From: a virus
Taxonomy: Duplodnaviria > Caudoviricetes
IMG/VR virus record: IMGVR_UViG_3300032303_002515
Coordinates: 26,840 to 90,839 of that record
Strand: one strand, 5' to 3'
DNA length: 64,000 nt
Position 1 is the first letter of the stretch; each line of letters starts with the position of its first letter. Positions 12,001-18,900 of this stretch are shown here, in pieces. Both the position numbers and the translations under genes were made by a program. The notes under the pieces were generated by a model. It saw only the letters and a program-made list of their open reading frames with translations. It was not told the DNA's origin and ran no database searches.

Positions 12001-15000
12001 TCACGGGAACTTATGCAAAAGAAGGCGTTCCAAACGAGGCAATATTCTCTACTTCTGAATCGTTAAAACTTCTTAATGATAGTTTAGATGACGCAAGCAA
12101 AGCACTAGATGAAGCTAAGAAAAAACTTGCCAAGCTATTTGATCCATTTGCTACCGCTTTTGATCAACTTATGGGCAGGGCAAAAGAGCTTTTGCAAAAA
12201 GAATTTGACCTTGAACAGCAACAGCTTAATGCAGAAATGCAAGACGCTTTGTATAACGTTGATGCGCTATACAACGGCGAAACTATGCGTCTTGGAGTTC
12301 TTGAAGAGCAATATGGATTGCTGCAAGAACAGCGAGCGGAGCAAGAAAAGCTTAACGCTCTTAATGACGCGCAGGAAAATGCTGCACGGGCAACGCTTGG
12401 TTTGTTTGACGCTCAGCAAGACCCGATTCAAGCTGCGATTGCAGCTCGCGAAGCTGCTCAAAAATTGCAAAAAGAAGAACAAAACTATCAGATGCAACAA
12501 ATGGCCGAGGCTATCGACCAGGCAAAAAATAGTGTTCAATATCAGCAAACAACAACGTATTACGATGAAAAGAAAGCTACGCTTACCGCTGACCAGCAGG
12601 AGCGATCTCGCCGCCTAGAGGAACGCGCGCAGCAACTCCTTAAGGACATCCAAGAGGGAAAGATTACTGTTCAAGCAGCGCAAGAAGAGTTTATGGCAAT
12701 GTTTGGCGATGCTGGCTTGCCACTCGACTCAATTCTTGAAACTGGTCAGTTCCAAGGTCAAGCACTTGCGGATATTATGGGCACTGCATTTGCTACAAGG
12801 TTCCAAGAGCTTGGCGACATTATTTCTACCACAATGGCAGACGTTGTTAAGGCTGGTATTGCGGCGGCGGCAGCAGAAGCAAACGTTGACGCTATCGTAG
12901 AGCAGATTGACAAAATTGAAAACAAGAAAGACAAGATTAAAAAGAAAGACGTTGAGGCTGAGCGAGAAAGATTAAAGCAAGTCCTTAACACTTCTCGCGC
13001 ATCACTCCTTGAATACGCAACAAGAAAAGATGTTATTGGGACAGATGCATCGACCAAGGCTATTGGCGCTGCAAACAGCATGGAAAAATACATTCAAGAT
13101 TTGCAGGCAATGGATTTTTCAAAATATGGAGATTTCCTTACCCGTGCTCAATTCGGCACAGAGTTTGATGCTATTTATAAACTATTTGATAGCGTTTACA
13201 GCGAATTTGGTGCACTGCAAACAGTTGCTCTTACTTTGACCGACAGCTTTGACAGAAATCCAACATCGCCTGTTATTCGACCCAGAAAGCCAAAGCCAAC
13301 ATCTCCACCAGCTGGATATACCAACGACACAGGAGCCTGGTACGAAAGGGGCGATAATTGGGTTTGGTATGACCTTATGGGCAACGCAATTACCTCTGTG
13401 CCAGCGCGCGCAAAGGGCGGACCAGTTGGTGCTGGCCAGTATCTCGTCGGGGAGCGTGGGCCAGAAATGCTCACCATGTTCCCAGACGGTGGTGGCTATG
13501 TCACGCCAAACCACGAGCTTCCAAGTAGCGTTCAATCCTCTGCTGGCGCACTTAAGGCGGGCAAGCAGGGACGATACTACGGCGGCCTGGTTGGTGTAAC
13601 TGGTCGAGCTGACGGCGGCTACGTCGGTATAAATCGAGACCCCTGGAACTATGACGCCCCATCAGAAAGCTTCACAAGAAGCCTGGGCTTCATTGGCGAC
13701 CCTATGGGCTTCCAGCAGCACTCGTTCAACGATTTTATGAATAGCCAGATCAACACAAAGACTCAGAAGAATGAACTAGCTCGTAGGTTCCCAAAGCTAT
13801 ACGCTCGCTATGTAGCAGGCAATATTCGCAGTAACGGGCCAAGGGGTTGGAGCCCAGTCAGGGGTCGAGCCGATGGCGGATATCTTGGGGGATGGGATTC
13901 TTGGGATAGGCCACAGCCAACCGAGACGCCAATTCCGGACACAACGGGTGGCCACGGAATAGATAGCTGGGGCGCGCCAATCGCAGACGAAAATCTTGTT
14001 AAGGGCATCCCCTCGGGAAGGGTTCATTTCCTCGGCGACCTAGACCCTATTCAAAAAATTTGGAACAAACTTGGCCCAAACAGTGGGAAGGTTGGCGGAA
14101 GCGGAAATAAAATTCGTTTTGACTGGGGCGACGTAATTATCTCAGATGATTACGCAAGGACCGGTCAGACGGTTGACCTAGCAGCCCTATCGGAAGCTGC
14201 AAGGTTAAGCCTTGCCGCAGCGCCGGAAAACATGTTTGACCCAAGCGATAGAACAAAAAGAGTCACAATCGTTGTTGTGCCAGATTTAGGGGATGGGGTA
14301 GTGGGTCGAGTAAAATACCCGACCGGACCAAGAAAAAACCACATTTACCTTAGCCCTCAGGGGACCAGCTCTCAGGGTCAATCATGGGATTTTAACAAGC
14401 GAGGAGATGCCAACACTAGCGGGTATTTAGAAACAATTGCCCACGAAACCGGCCATTTAGTTCATTCAAGAAAACACGGGACGCCGCTACTCAGGGGGCG
14501 AGGAATCTTTTCTCCGCTTGTTAGCTTGTTGAGCCTTGGAACACAGGGCGGCATAGGCTTGCCTATGGGAATCATAGAGAGAGTTGAAAAGAAAAATCCA
14601 ACCCTAGCGTTAGCGCTGGCAAAGATGTTCCGACTTCCCGGGCTTGCGGTAAATACTCAGGGCCGGCTTGCTGACCTGAATAGGGACGCTTTTGTGCGGT
14701 CGGCGGCGGACCAAGGCAGAGATGTTCTAAATTGGGCAGAGTTTTCTGGAAAGAGTCCTGCTGTAAGTTTCTATGGAATGGGTTCGCCAGCAGAAAATTA
14801 CGCAGATTCATTTAAGTATCACGTATTGGATCAAGCTCCGGGGAGGCATGGGGAAACCCTTGGGGAATCCCTTCTTGGTTCCGAGCCCCGCCTGGACGAA
14901 CCAAGATTCAAGTCTGGAACCGGATGGGATCAGGTTCAAATAAATGACCCAGAAGCACAATATAAAAAAGATTTGCTGGAATGGAGAAAAAGAAGAGCCG

Positions 15001-15941
15001 TTGCCGGAACTTCTAAAATCTTAGCAGTAAGAGAGGGATGGCAAAACATTCACGACAGCATAAACAGAAAGTCAACTTTCTCCGTTGACGGAAAAGACGC
15101 TGCGTATAGGGATGTGGCTGGCGGACAGCGGCCCGATTCCTTTACGCCAACCTATAGGTCTAGCTCGGGATCTAGCGCAATAGGCGCTGGGTTGCAAGTT
15201 TTTGACAAAAATATGAACACAAAGAAAGGCAACGTCATTGCTTCTATTGCTGCTGATATTGGCCAAATGGCAGCATCTGGCCAGTGGGATTTTGGCAGAC
15301 TTATCTTTAACAGAATCTTTGATTTGCTTGGCGCGATACCAATAATTGGCGGCAAGCTTTCGATGATTGCTGGTCTTGCTACAACGCTACTTAGCGGTGG
15401 CGACGTTGGCCGAGCCGGAGTCGGCATGATTGGCTCTTTGCTTGGCGAATTCCTTGGGTCCATGGCGCTTGCCCCAATTGGCATGCCGTGGCTTGGCGGA
15501 TTTGTAGGCAGCATGATTGGCGGCTTCTTGGCTGACGCGATTTATACTAATATTATAAATCCAGCTGCAGCCTCAAAGCCAAACGTAATGGTTGGCGGCG
15601 GCAAATATGGTGTATATAACCCTGGTCCGAACATGCCGTTTGCACCAGGGCGGGCTTTTGGTGGGTCAATTGGCAAGAACATGCCATACCTTGTTGGTGA
15701 GCGTGGGCCAGAGCTCATGATCCCTGACAGCAGTGGCTACATGTTGCCAAATACTGGCTTGCGGGCGTTGCAGGCTCCAGGGGACTTGCGAATGGCTGGC
15801 GGAGGCGCGACAATCAATGCGTCCGTCACCATTAACAACCCTGTTGTGTCGGATGCCGCAGATATTGATAAACTTGCCGAGAAGGTAAGTTCGGCACAGG
15901 TACGCACCCTCCGTGCGGCAGGCTTCATGAGGCCAAGTTGA
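6..15941 (+). CDS. Giant tape measure protein with N- and C-terminal enzymatic modules (5,311 aa; possibly 5'-truncated by window edge)
   Basis: TMP N-terminal-type motif (FNQALEDAKVGF...LKEFANVTPF...IGDAVAALGGG...YALGQMNSAGRV...QLANAGI) at ~8.54-9.25 kb; Ala/Gly-rich amphipathic and coiled-coil core to ~13.2 kb; typical TMP C-terminal RAxGG...LVGERGPE motifs; lies directly upstream of tail-tip genes. The frame is open upstream of the ATG at 6. Confidence 0.9.
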   Translation: MRTADAMARAAMSQNRTGAMAFRNAGRSGSGSFGRGGSGTGAAGTRGARSSLDDSGAAARSIPSIASISRAALGLELSKRSGMRKAGISSRNRQRGTPLAASDRSLIGLPSEKALDYRLSSRELGRYLSRLIASETGDVSYPSEPLDLRNFAFRGNRFGPPRSKRRSGRYGAQQADLDLFEKAIERQDISLLESAIRAPQGRMREDIRRLPNYLQTLIQQARMDRRRSSRFFPQSQPGKPMSVHVPGRGLMEFSKKSGRGGSGGNKDIDRIVGQILGQGWKFEKRKGGHNAVVAPSGQKVFYPSSASDRRALQNFISELRKKGAIVDGRGYGGKEGKGGPREMSRRSGGRSVAETAFGFVPDRRILEAMRRGDMSFGQEIGAQRLNTKRLSTTVSMGTGRNRVRGTAIAMFPENDRGLRGQSGREVGRNLGQGDRKTKRTKLSPYSPMAEKVYEVLGGMLGAPTPAVVRRRLTPLEQQLATGGRLPQVGSSAKTNIGATRRVASGRFENPQVRQRRPLSRNAWMIPWLDDFEPMKRVLRGHPQFDDEVRTQATRQLGSTRDMRRIMLLDQILGQTDRHGSNMMVGKGRSGKRRILGIDNEHAFSMGGLNRPISDLNRQLNNTPQFSSFSARYMPRDVPQGSSTLLPWMTNKGGSGLARIKLTKQEQDASAREAKVLRGILGGKRSMKIVEESFLTAGYSKRDTDKYMETLRTRLEAAAITREAEASSGHSDAGDYRQMLQMSRRSGAQRRLAARTRATGRGVMLPQDLRSGDFAELPRPIRLLGEMLQSKDRGRRARPIEMDDETRVSLVSGKEIIPGRASRGSKPLIPQNLAGRSPEQIFAEALVASHNAGVRVREIAPDPDRLIKAQLRAMGVGDPYDVGGKRITSRSDQMAAARAYQLLRRQRLGMGSIASLAPGSVNASSWLMQMGGDQGSRQDLLGGALDEMSGFDAFRELSAGTAGARRDRRAGQSGNRRIGLKGGFIATVPNRFHVPGMGDAAGLRNFVVGAMTHRMPGTHEQGKLGALAGLGAPGVGTSLMAHELRRHARAIMEARRRYPAALAAKYGVSVDDLAGLNMGGRTAAGLSLKASNSGMGLYEALGFEFSDPNNMENRFMSMGGDKVVDMYGRIRAEIKRVEARLAEQGIAYSPMEFARKSGSKSYPMQEKLVRRMGPGDPNYLGQTAFRLGEEDLLGPFTRGTRFYPQNETYVAGPRKGQPIPRPAGHRGIPYYQVVTPSGLRIDNVPADAHRGRLQEIIATVESFYKKYPEQMQELAGPRSTGIRFSYAKLHGGATGTASIGSGPVNLMDYLLTPDSTHDKTGYYHDYYNSKNPRFAGKDGFAGRANSIHGIFAHELGHVMAVDKYQEAMKQKGIGFYGYKPYDEFVHGSRRDGMGRGVRGFHYDYKKGMAQMAALANVEETTGGRLKPEDFYLPGEMDGKSNVNGGVYSGFFHPGSKKQKTMYGSNKLDFMPDDATEQIQMRKIGEMMLMGKQGPLASVLPKQYKNIDEAMQALWKIGGYGSIRGRMHVGSEWMSQMFAKWSSRAWGAPDAALGGHPNVDAKNKLGYRVARILARNNQWAEYSKRSGGIGGMLGGLFGKGRPNIMQQITGGQTYGMTLQDLLGGDITGMGSHSIGHWSGGSGKEILNLKTMAGEIRQVLAQPIGGDASQGGRFPNKAMEILAGLLGVETPTILERSIGGRRMAIQPMAPGETAIDFINRLSAPPSTRVPVWEDDQIIGHFSRPLGSGSVDPALAQQPWLASRGGRRMQILDHLAQTYDRHGLNYLLNLVDPKGGVGSPGNYRVTAIDHDLALRPPGKGGRRVIGGGAGPIGVPGQFQEHQIKLAREEAATLAGIVTRRKVIEPQLLEALRAGGYSEQEALATVDAIFRRAREAFRSRMAESRGAAHPSGWELSRRSGGVGMNGLTNPFAQYSKRSGGAATGTPYTSLQTAFEQVTLTAIKNLKVSLAGQKMNPQLFRRSIESFQKTILDAATGQGEFAGGSMQKALKGIAPKARKSLMGMFSGILKDIEDTGTAAFGRGDLKGIPLRKVLFSMLGQVPSVYAPDIAQIAANPALQKKRPSGQRDRIPSIRTIQYGESNLATLGGVGIAPGMRLAGSATLASHLTDQGYDPKAYGNLAGILTDMAQKYFPSGIRGGGLSFGHPLANAGAWAYYEPQRPGYNVQNPGQITMDLGGAGKGGVVTIGKAMATMAHEITHAMVDASEMEIAKLSVGVTDQTQLQKIRKEVEARRGVPSADKYRAYSGISGEYMFVPKGKQIGAKTIPLGTPDNPEGFSYFDLPKGSITESEYKKLNPKARAAYEKAYVTAAQAAAIDPNAQGQHINVPGHFGPQVRILEDAQAGLAEYAQMLAASTRVLQPGETQKSLMLSTRQMNAGARANATDIGAVMPGVAGIANPYQGGLLKAMDLSETLGGKLRPIAEFAARIQRNMAGQMVSAQAAGGLDARDLGGMFAKALGTAIEATPKTQRASVLEAIRPDRILDAAVVLDSIGRAKNIPALTRMLANATGATGAAIVSHGVVASDLNTAGDVQAVAEAMGKKRGKKPAEPPQPAGPVQPSPQVAAIAPKGYDLLTQLTEILSLGVVGGGKENITLRNQVRAQAGLPNRPLAGTQLAASSLTGSAIAALAAQYPELLPFVREYRPDHPLLGAQPGTKVPATKRGRRGGPVGPTVSGSTGVQPYADTASNDYYQNIADSIFASRVEDAFKMFGGSGGFGYNARGLGNRMNVLRDVMPEDQLQGGIDKLKQFGSTMKDAFLNSKPVVGLLQDFDDAMLRAADGSLDFSKSLDAATASSGGLVNQLKETVKLAVAFVLTQNAANAIYRSISHLSSGFIQFNQALEDAKVGFSTLFYNAGDSMGVAEGRATGMIERLKEFANVTPFYFTQLQEAAVRMQAFGLDIGQVLQRDPNTGELVGYIKNIGDAVAALGGGDEKIMRITYALGQMNSAGRVYQNDMMQLANAGIAGYEILAEALINELEAKGKDMTNDDKKILNDLYTNRVEAIRKLTTSGRISGKASAAAILSGLGEKYGGGMERLSKTMTGALSTVSDMSQSLVATMTGPLYNAIRDLVVQFAGVLQDPKTSAMFVEMGQKLHGFAATIKEAIPATIATIVNAFTYLGGIIAKVFGGSGTKSAIDLLRSGLQTVGDLLSNNVVRAALLASVALKAMMSVVSANPLVATVGVVLAALGALRQAYETNFLGFADTVDNAMAPLQKMGPDIAESIIPALKELIAAAAQVIGGGLVIALKAALPIISALAGALGGMAGILEKLAPLIGAFMGAWIVKKVAIEGMAILFTKLQNAAASAAMSAGVAGVKMGAWGKQGASYYSQRIPVRQTEVQTPFGPMNVWQSAAPEQGAGAVMGSAPGVKIGDAEKARGVMPQPFQKVYTVPEHLRNIPLPYYTNPGVLSPETGGLLGLDPESGTAIGARPENMVLRTRTLGELAAMQGGGLQPEQIVHAQRAAKALTGLQQADLVTMDESGTITATEKGKKLLRDKMENARARRALENDISVQEQIKRDQEEVARIKQANKEGKKVIGYVPRGIPDYARTPAQLSPTEEVQMLQGMRSQTFGQAFDYNYTEELAKRHAQARAAGRFRTGLDGSEITNIGLTGRLRARGSATIQTIKDMFAMGGKTEMAGNVADKFSGLTMAASGLMMGFEALGSAVGINTKDLQTFSMVLMGLSIVSKAVAAAMAAISAAGGVKQALSGLVSSIGGPVGAAIAAAMAAAIFVFSEVSKHDAEAQKYRDQRKADKDRERAIKLGWSDSGLGYMAPKVIGGQAQYDLYGFSNGKTLGGNVDQAKIDEMVSQGLFKKETTALPGKFTYTPTEAGRAAGYISARGVTQAVVPTFTKAPTAVVQRVDNLMTSSTGGLLEAPPAERMGQTNADQLQTLASLGVVSEDFVTQLVKDIRAEDNRGFNAMIPLVGMAWRNPSDVLTQRYGSSYTNAIDNNMGVNTLNPEKLLGNLLSSNNVGRAILDSTGLGKYSFTGTYAKEGVPNEAIFSTSESLKLLNDSLDDASKALDEAKKKLAKLFDPFATAFDQLMGRAKELLQKEFDLEQQQLNAEMQDALYNVDALYNGETMRLGVLEEQYGLLQEQRAEQEKLNALNDAQENAARATLGLFDAQQDPIQAAIAAREAAQKLQKEEQNYQMQQMAEAIDQAKNSVQYQQTTTYYDEKKATLTADQQERSRRLEERAQQLLKDIQEGKITVQAAQEEFMAMFGDAGLPLDSILETGQFQGQALADIMGTAFATRFQELGDIISTTMADVVKAGIAAAAAEANVDAIVEQIDKIENKKDKIKKKDVEAERERLKQVLNTSRASLLEYATRKDVIGTDASTKAIGAANSMEKYIQDLQAMDFSKYGDFLTRAQFGTEFDAIYKLFDSVYSEFGALQTVALTLTDSFDRNPTSPVIRPRKPKPTSPPAGYTNDTGAWYERGDNWVWYDLMGNAITSVPARAKGGPVGAGQYLVGERGPEMLTMFPDGGGYVTPNHELPSSVQSSAGALKAGKQGRYYGGLVGVTGRADGGYVGINRDPWNYDAPSESFTRSLGFIGDPMGFQQHSFNDFMNSQINTKTQKNELARRFPKLYARYVAGNIRSNGPRGWSPVRGRADGGYLGGWDSWDRPQPTETPIPDTTGGHGIDSWGAPIADENLVKGIPSGRVHFLGDLDPIQKIWNKLGPNSGKVGGSGNKIRFDWGDVIISDDYARTGQTVDLAALSEAARLSLAAAPENMFDPSDRTKRVTIVVVPDLGDGVVGRVKYPTGPRKNHIYLSPQGTSSQGQSWDFNKRGDANTSGYLETIAHETGHLVHSRKHGTPLLRGRGIFSPLVSLLSLGTQGGIGLPMGIIERVEKKNPTLALALAKMFRLPGLAVNTQGRLADLNRDAFVRSAADQGRDVLNWAEFSGKSPAVSFYGMGSPAENYADSFKYHVLDQAPGRHGETLGESLLGSEPRLDEPRFKSGTGWDQVQINDPEAQYKKDLLEWRKRRAVAGTSKILAVREGWQNIHDSINRKSTFSVDGKDAAYRDVAGGQRPDSFTPTYRSSSGSSAIGAGLQVFDKNMNTKKGNVIASIAADIGQMAASGQWDFGRLIFNRIFDLLGAIPIIGGKLSMIAGLATTLLSGGDVGRAGVGMIGSLLGEFLGSMALAPIGMPWLGGFVGSMIGGFLADAIYTNIINPAAASKPNVMVGGGKYGVYNPGPNMPFAPGRAFGGSIGKNMPYLVGERGPELMIPDSSGYMLPNTGLRALQAPGDLRMAGGGATINASVTINNPVVSDAADIDKLAEKVSSAQVRTLRAAGFMRPS
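780..1028 (+). other. HicA-like RNase domain inside TMP
   Basis: DIDRIVGQILGQGWKFEKRKGGHNAVVAPSGQKVFYPSSASDRRALQNFISELRKKG matches the HicA pattern (GW..R..G.H, V..P...SD.RA..N...L...G); His at 870-872. Confidence 0.7.
1050..2222 (+). other. HipA/PI3K-PI4K-like kinase domain 1 inside TMP
   Basis: AEKVYEVLGGMLGAPTP; LLDQILGQTDRHGSNMMV (DRH 1731-1739); IDNEHAF (1794-1814). Confidence 0.75.
2244..3455 (+). other. GNAT acetyltransferase-like module inside TMP
   Basis: Acetyl-CoA loop GVGTSLM (3102-3122) and motif B LSLKASNSGMGLYEALGF (LYEALGF 3291-3311). Confidence 0.6.
3477..4739 (+). other. Zincin metallopeptidase module 1 inside TMP
   Basis: IFAHELGHVM (HELGH 4059-4073), downstream SEWMSQMF as possible third-ligand helix. 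Confidence 0.6.
4761..5729 (+). other. HipA/PI3K-PI4K-like kinase domain 2 inside TMP
   Basis: NKAMEILAGLLGVETP; ILDHLAQTYDRHGLNYLL (DRH 5331-5339); IDHDLAL (from 5415); C-terminal helices resemble kinase 1. Confidence 0.75.
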
Positions 15942-18900
15942 TGAATATAACAAAAGACCTGAAAGTAGAAATACAGCCCAGGTTTGAAGGTGCTACCGAC
16001 CCGTTGGCGTTTTACGACGTCACGGGTCGAGTAGACGCCGACGCTTTTGAATTTACATCAAGTGCCGACGGATCAACTGCCAATGCGGACATTGGCCTGT
16101 ATACGCTATTTCCCTTTTCCGGCAAGCGCTGGAACGAGTACGCCGCAACTGAAGCTAAGTCTATTGCCGAAGCGCTGCTAGACCCAACGTTTAGGTTTGA
16201 GATCCCGCTACGCAGCGAGATAAAGATATCTCAGTCGTATGGCGACTTATCTAAGTACTACGCAGTAACGCACTACAGCCAAAGCGGAACTACAGTAACG
16301 CTTACACTTAACAAAGCTCATACGCTTACCGTTGGAAAATCAATTGTTGTTACCTTGGCCGGCAATACATCTCGCTCTCCAAACCCATTGACGCTGGGCG
16401 GGCAGCGCACCATTATCGCCGTTACCAGCACCACCATTAGCTACGCGGAAACCACATCCAGAACCATCTCCCAGACCGCTGTTGCTTCTGGTATCAATAC
16501 CGCAATACTTTATGTTCAGGTAACCGAACTGCTCTTCGGTGGCGTGATGATGTCCGTGGAGGAAAAACGCGCCGGCGGGGTAATCTTGCAGCAGCTTACG
16601 TGTGCGGACTACACCGCCCTGCTGGACGAGCGCGTTATTGATCGCTACCGCGTCCCACAAAACACCTACGGCTGGGAGCTTATTACTGGTGGTGACTCGT
16701 ATGAGGCGGGAAAGATTGGCGCTAATAAAATTACTATTAGTCCGTCTGATGTTCCCTCGTACACGTTTACCCAAATAGAATATGACGCTGATACACAGGT
16801 AAGCAAGGCAAGCGTTAAGGGCCCCCACAACCTTAGAAGAAACGAGCGGTTCATCTACGAGGATGCCTCTAGATACGAGTATCAAGTGGTTGGCCTTTGC
16901 GAGGACATAACCTCTTACGAAATAACGCACTACAGACGAAGCGGCACTACGGTAACGCTTACGCTAAATCAGCCCCACACGTTTATTGTCGGCGACTCTC
17001 TCAAAATTATCTTAGACGATGATGCCTCCCGCTCCCCCGACCCCCTGACGCTTGGGGGGCAGCAAACCGTTACTGCTGTTACTAGCACAACGATCAGCTA
17101 CGTTGTAACGGCTTCTGGCACCATATCCCAAATTGCAGTAAGCGCCGGAATCAACTCTGCAATACTTTACACATCAGGAATTTACTACAAGGTTTGCAAC
17201 GGCAGCCCGCAGCCAATTACCACAAACGGCCAGCAGTTTAAGATTTGGAATCACCAGGTATCTGTGGATAGCGCAGTAGATCACCAGCTACAAATCGGTC
17301 AAGCCATAATGGCAAATAACGAGTGGAGCGGGGCTACTGGCCTTTGGAATGGCATAGCAAAACTTTATAGCACGCAATACATTGTTGACCTTATTGAGAA
17401 CTCGCGGAAGTTCTTCTTTGTCCATCGGGCCGCAACTCCTGTTGGGACCGGTTCGAGCCCAATGACTAGTGGGAACATTGTTTCACCATTCCTTGCCTCT
17501 GGCTATAACCCAGTAGGAAGAAAAGAGAGCACCACTGTTGCAACATTTACCACTAACGTTGCGCACGGTCTTTCGAGCGGCAGCACTGTGCTCATCTCTT
17601 CTGTTACGTATGCGCAACTTGCCCCGTGGACTGGTGGATTTTCTGCCGTAACGAACGTTGACGGTACCTGGTACACCGCAACGGTATCCGATATCCCAGA
17701 CGCGTATAACTTTCAAGTTTTGTACTCTAGCTCTGGCGGAGAGGCGGAGTCAAGGATTCTTTATTACGATGACGGCTATCCGCTGGAGATTCAAGCGATT
17801 ACTACATCAATCTTTGAAGCAATACGTTCAACCGATCCGTATAACGAAAAGTATGATCCGCTTGGGGTTAAATATCTTGAAAACATTCAAAAAGTTGAGA
17901 CGGTTCGATACAATCCGATTCTCCGGTCCTGGGCCCCTGGATACCCAGAGAACGCCTACGAGGACAAAGACGCCCTGGATCGAATCACTACGGTTGCTGA
18001 TTTTTGGGCTGAGCTTTCCCCAACAACCAACGCATATGCGTTTGACCCAATTGTTTCTACCACCACAAGCAATGTAAAGCACGTTCCCAAAGTTGCAATA
18101 AACGCCGGAAGACAGAAGCAGCACCGACTGCAAAATACGTTCCGCGCTGACATTGACATTGTTTCGGGAGAGCTTATTGTCACTGTCGCCAATAACTTTG
18201 TTGAAGGAGACTCGTTTTATTTGAGGAAGATTGAAGGGCTTGCAAGCGGTCAAAGCCCCGCGTTTAAGACGTATGAGGTAAACGAAAACACTACATCTTC
18301 TGCGATACACGCAGACATAAACGCCGAAGACGCCGTGTTTACCCTTAGCGCCTCTGCCACAGCAGAGATTGTTATGCTGCCAACCCACGACGAGAACACC
18401 GGAACCGTTCGGGTGTACACCAGCAGGCACCATGCAATTCAGCCAGGGGATTCCATTAAGCTAAACAACTTTAAAATAAAAAACCCCGACGAATTTGACG
18501 GCGGGGCGCAGGATAACGAGTTTATAGTTGAAAGCATTAACAGCAAGCTAAATAATAACAGCATTAATTTTAGCAGCATCAACCTTAGCGTTGGCGCGGA
18601 AGACCCTGGACTTACGCTTTACCCAAGCCAAGACACACCAAGTGAGGTCACCACCTTTGAGGAGGGCGCCCAGTTCCTGACGACTAGGACAAAGCGCTAC
18701 CGAATAATACACGCAAGAAAAGAGAGCGGCATTGTTGAGCTCACTTCTGTTATCGCAGAGGTAATTGTTGGGTATGAAATTGTTGATAGCAACAAGATTA
18801 AGCTAACTCTAAGCGTTGAGGCAGACTCATACTCAACAAACCAAGTTGTGCGCATCTTGGGCATGATCCCGCCGTTCTCTGGTCTGTACTCCGTATATGC

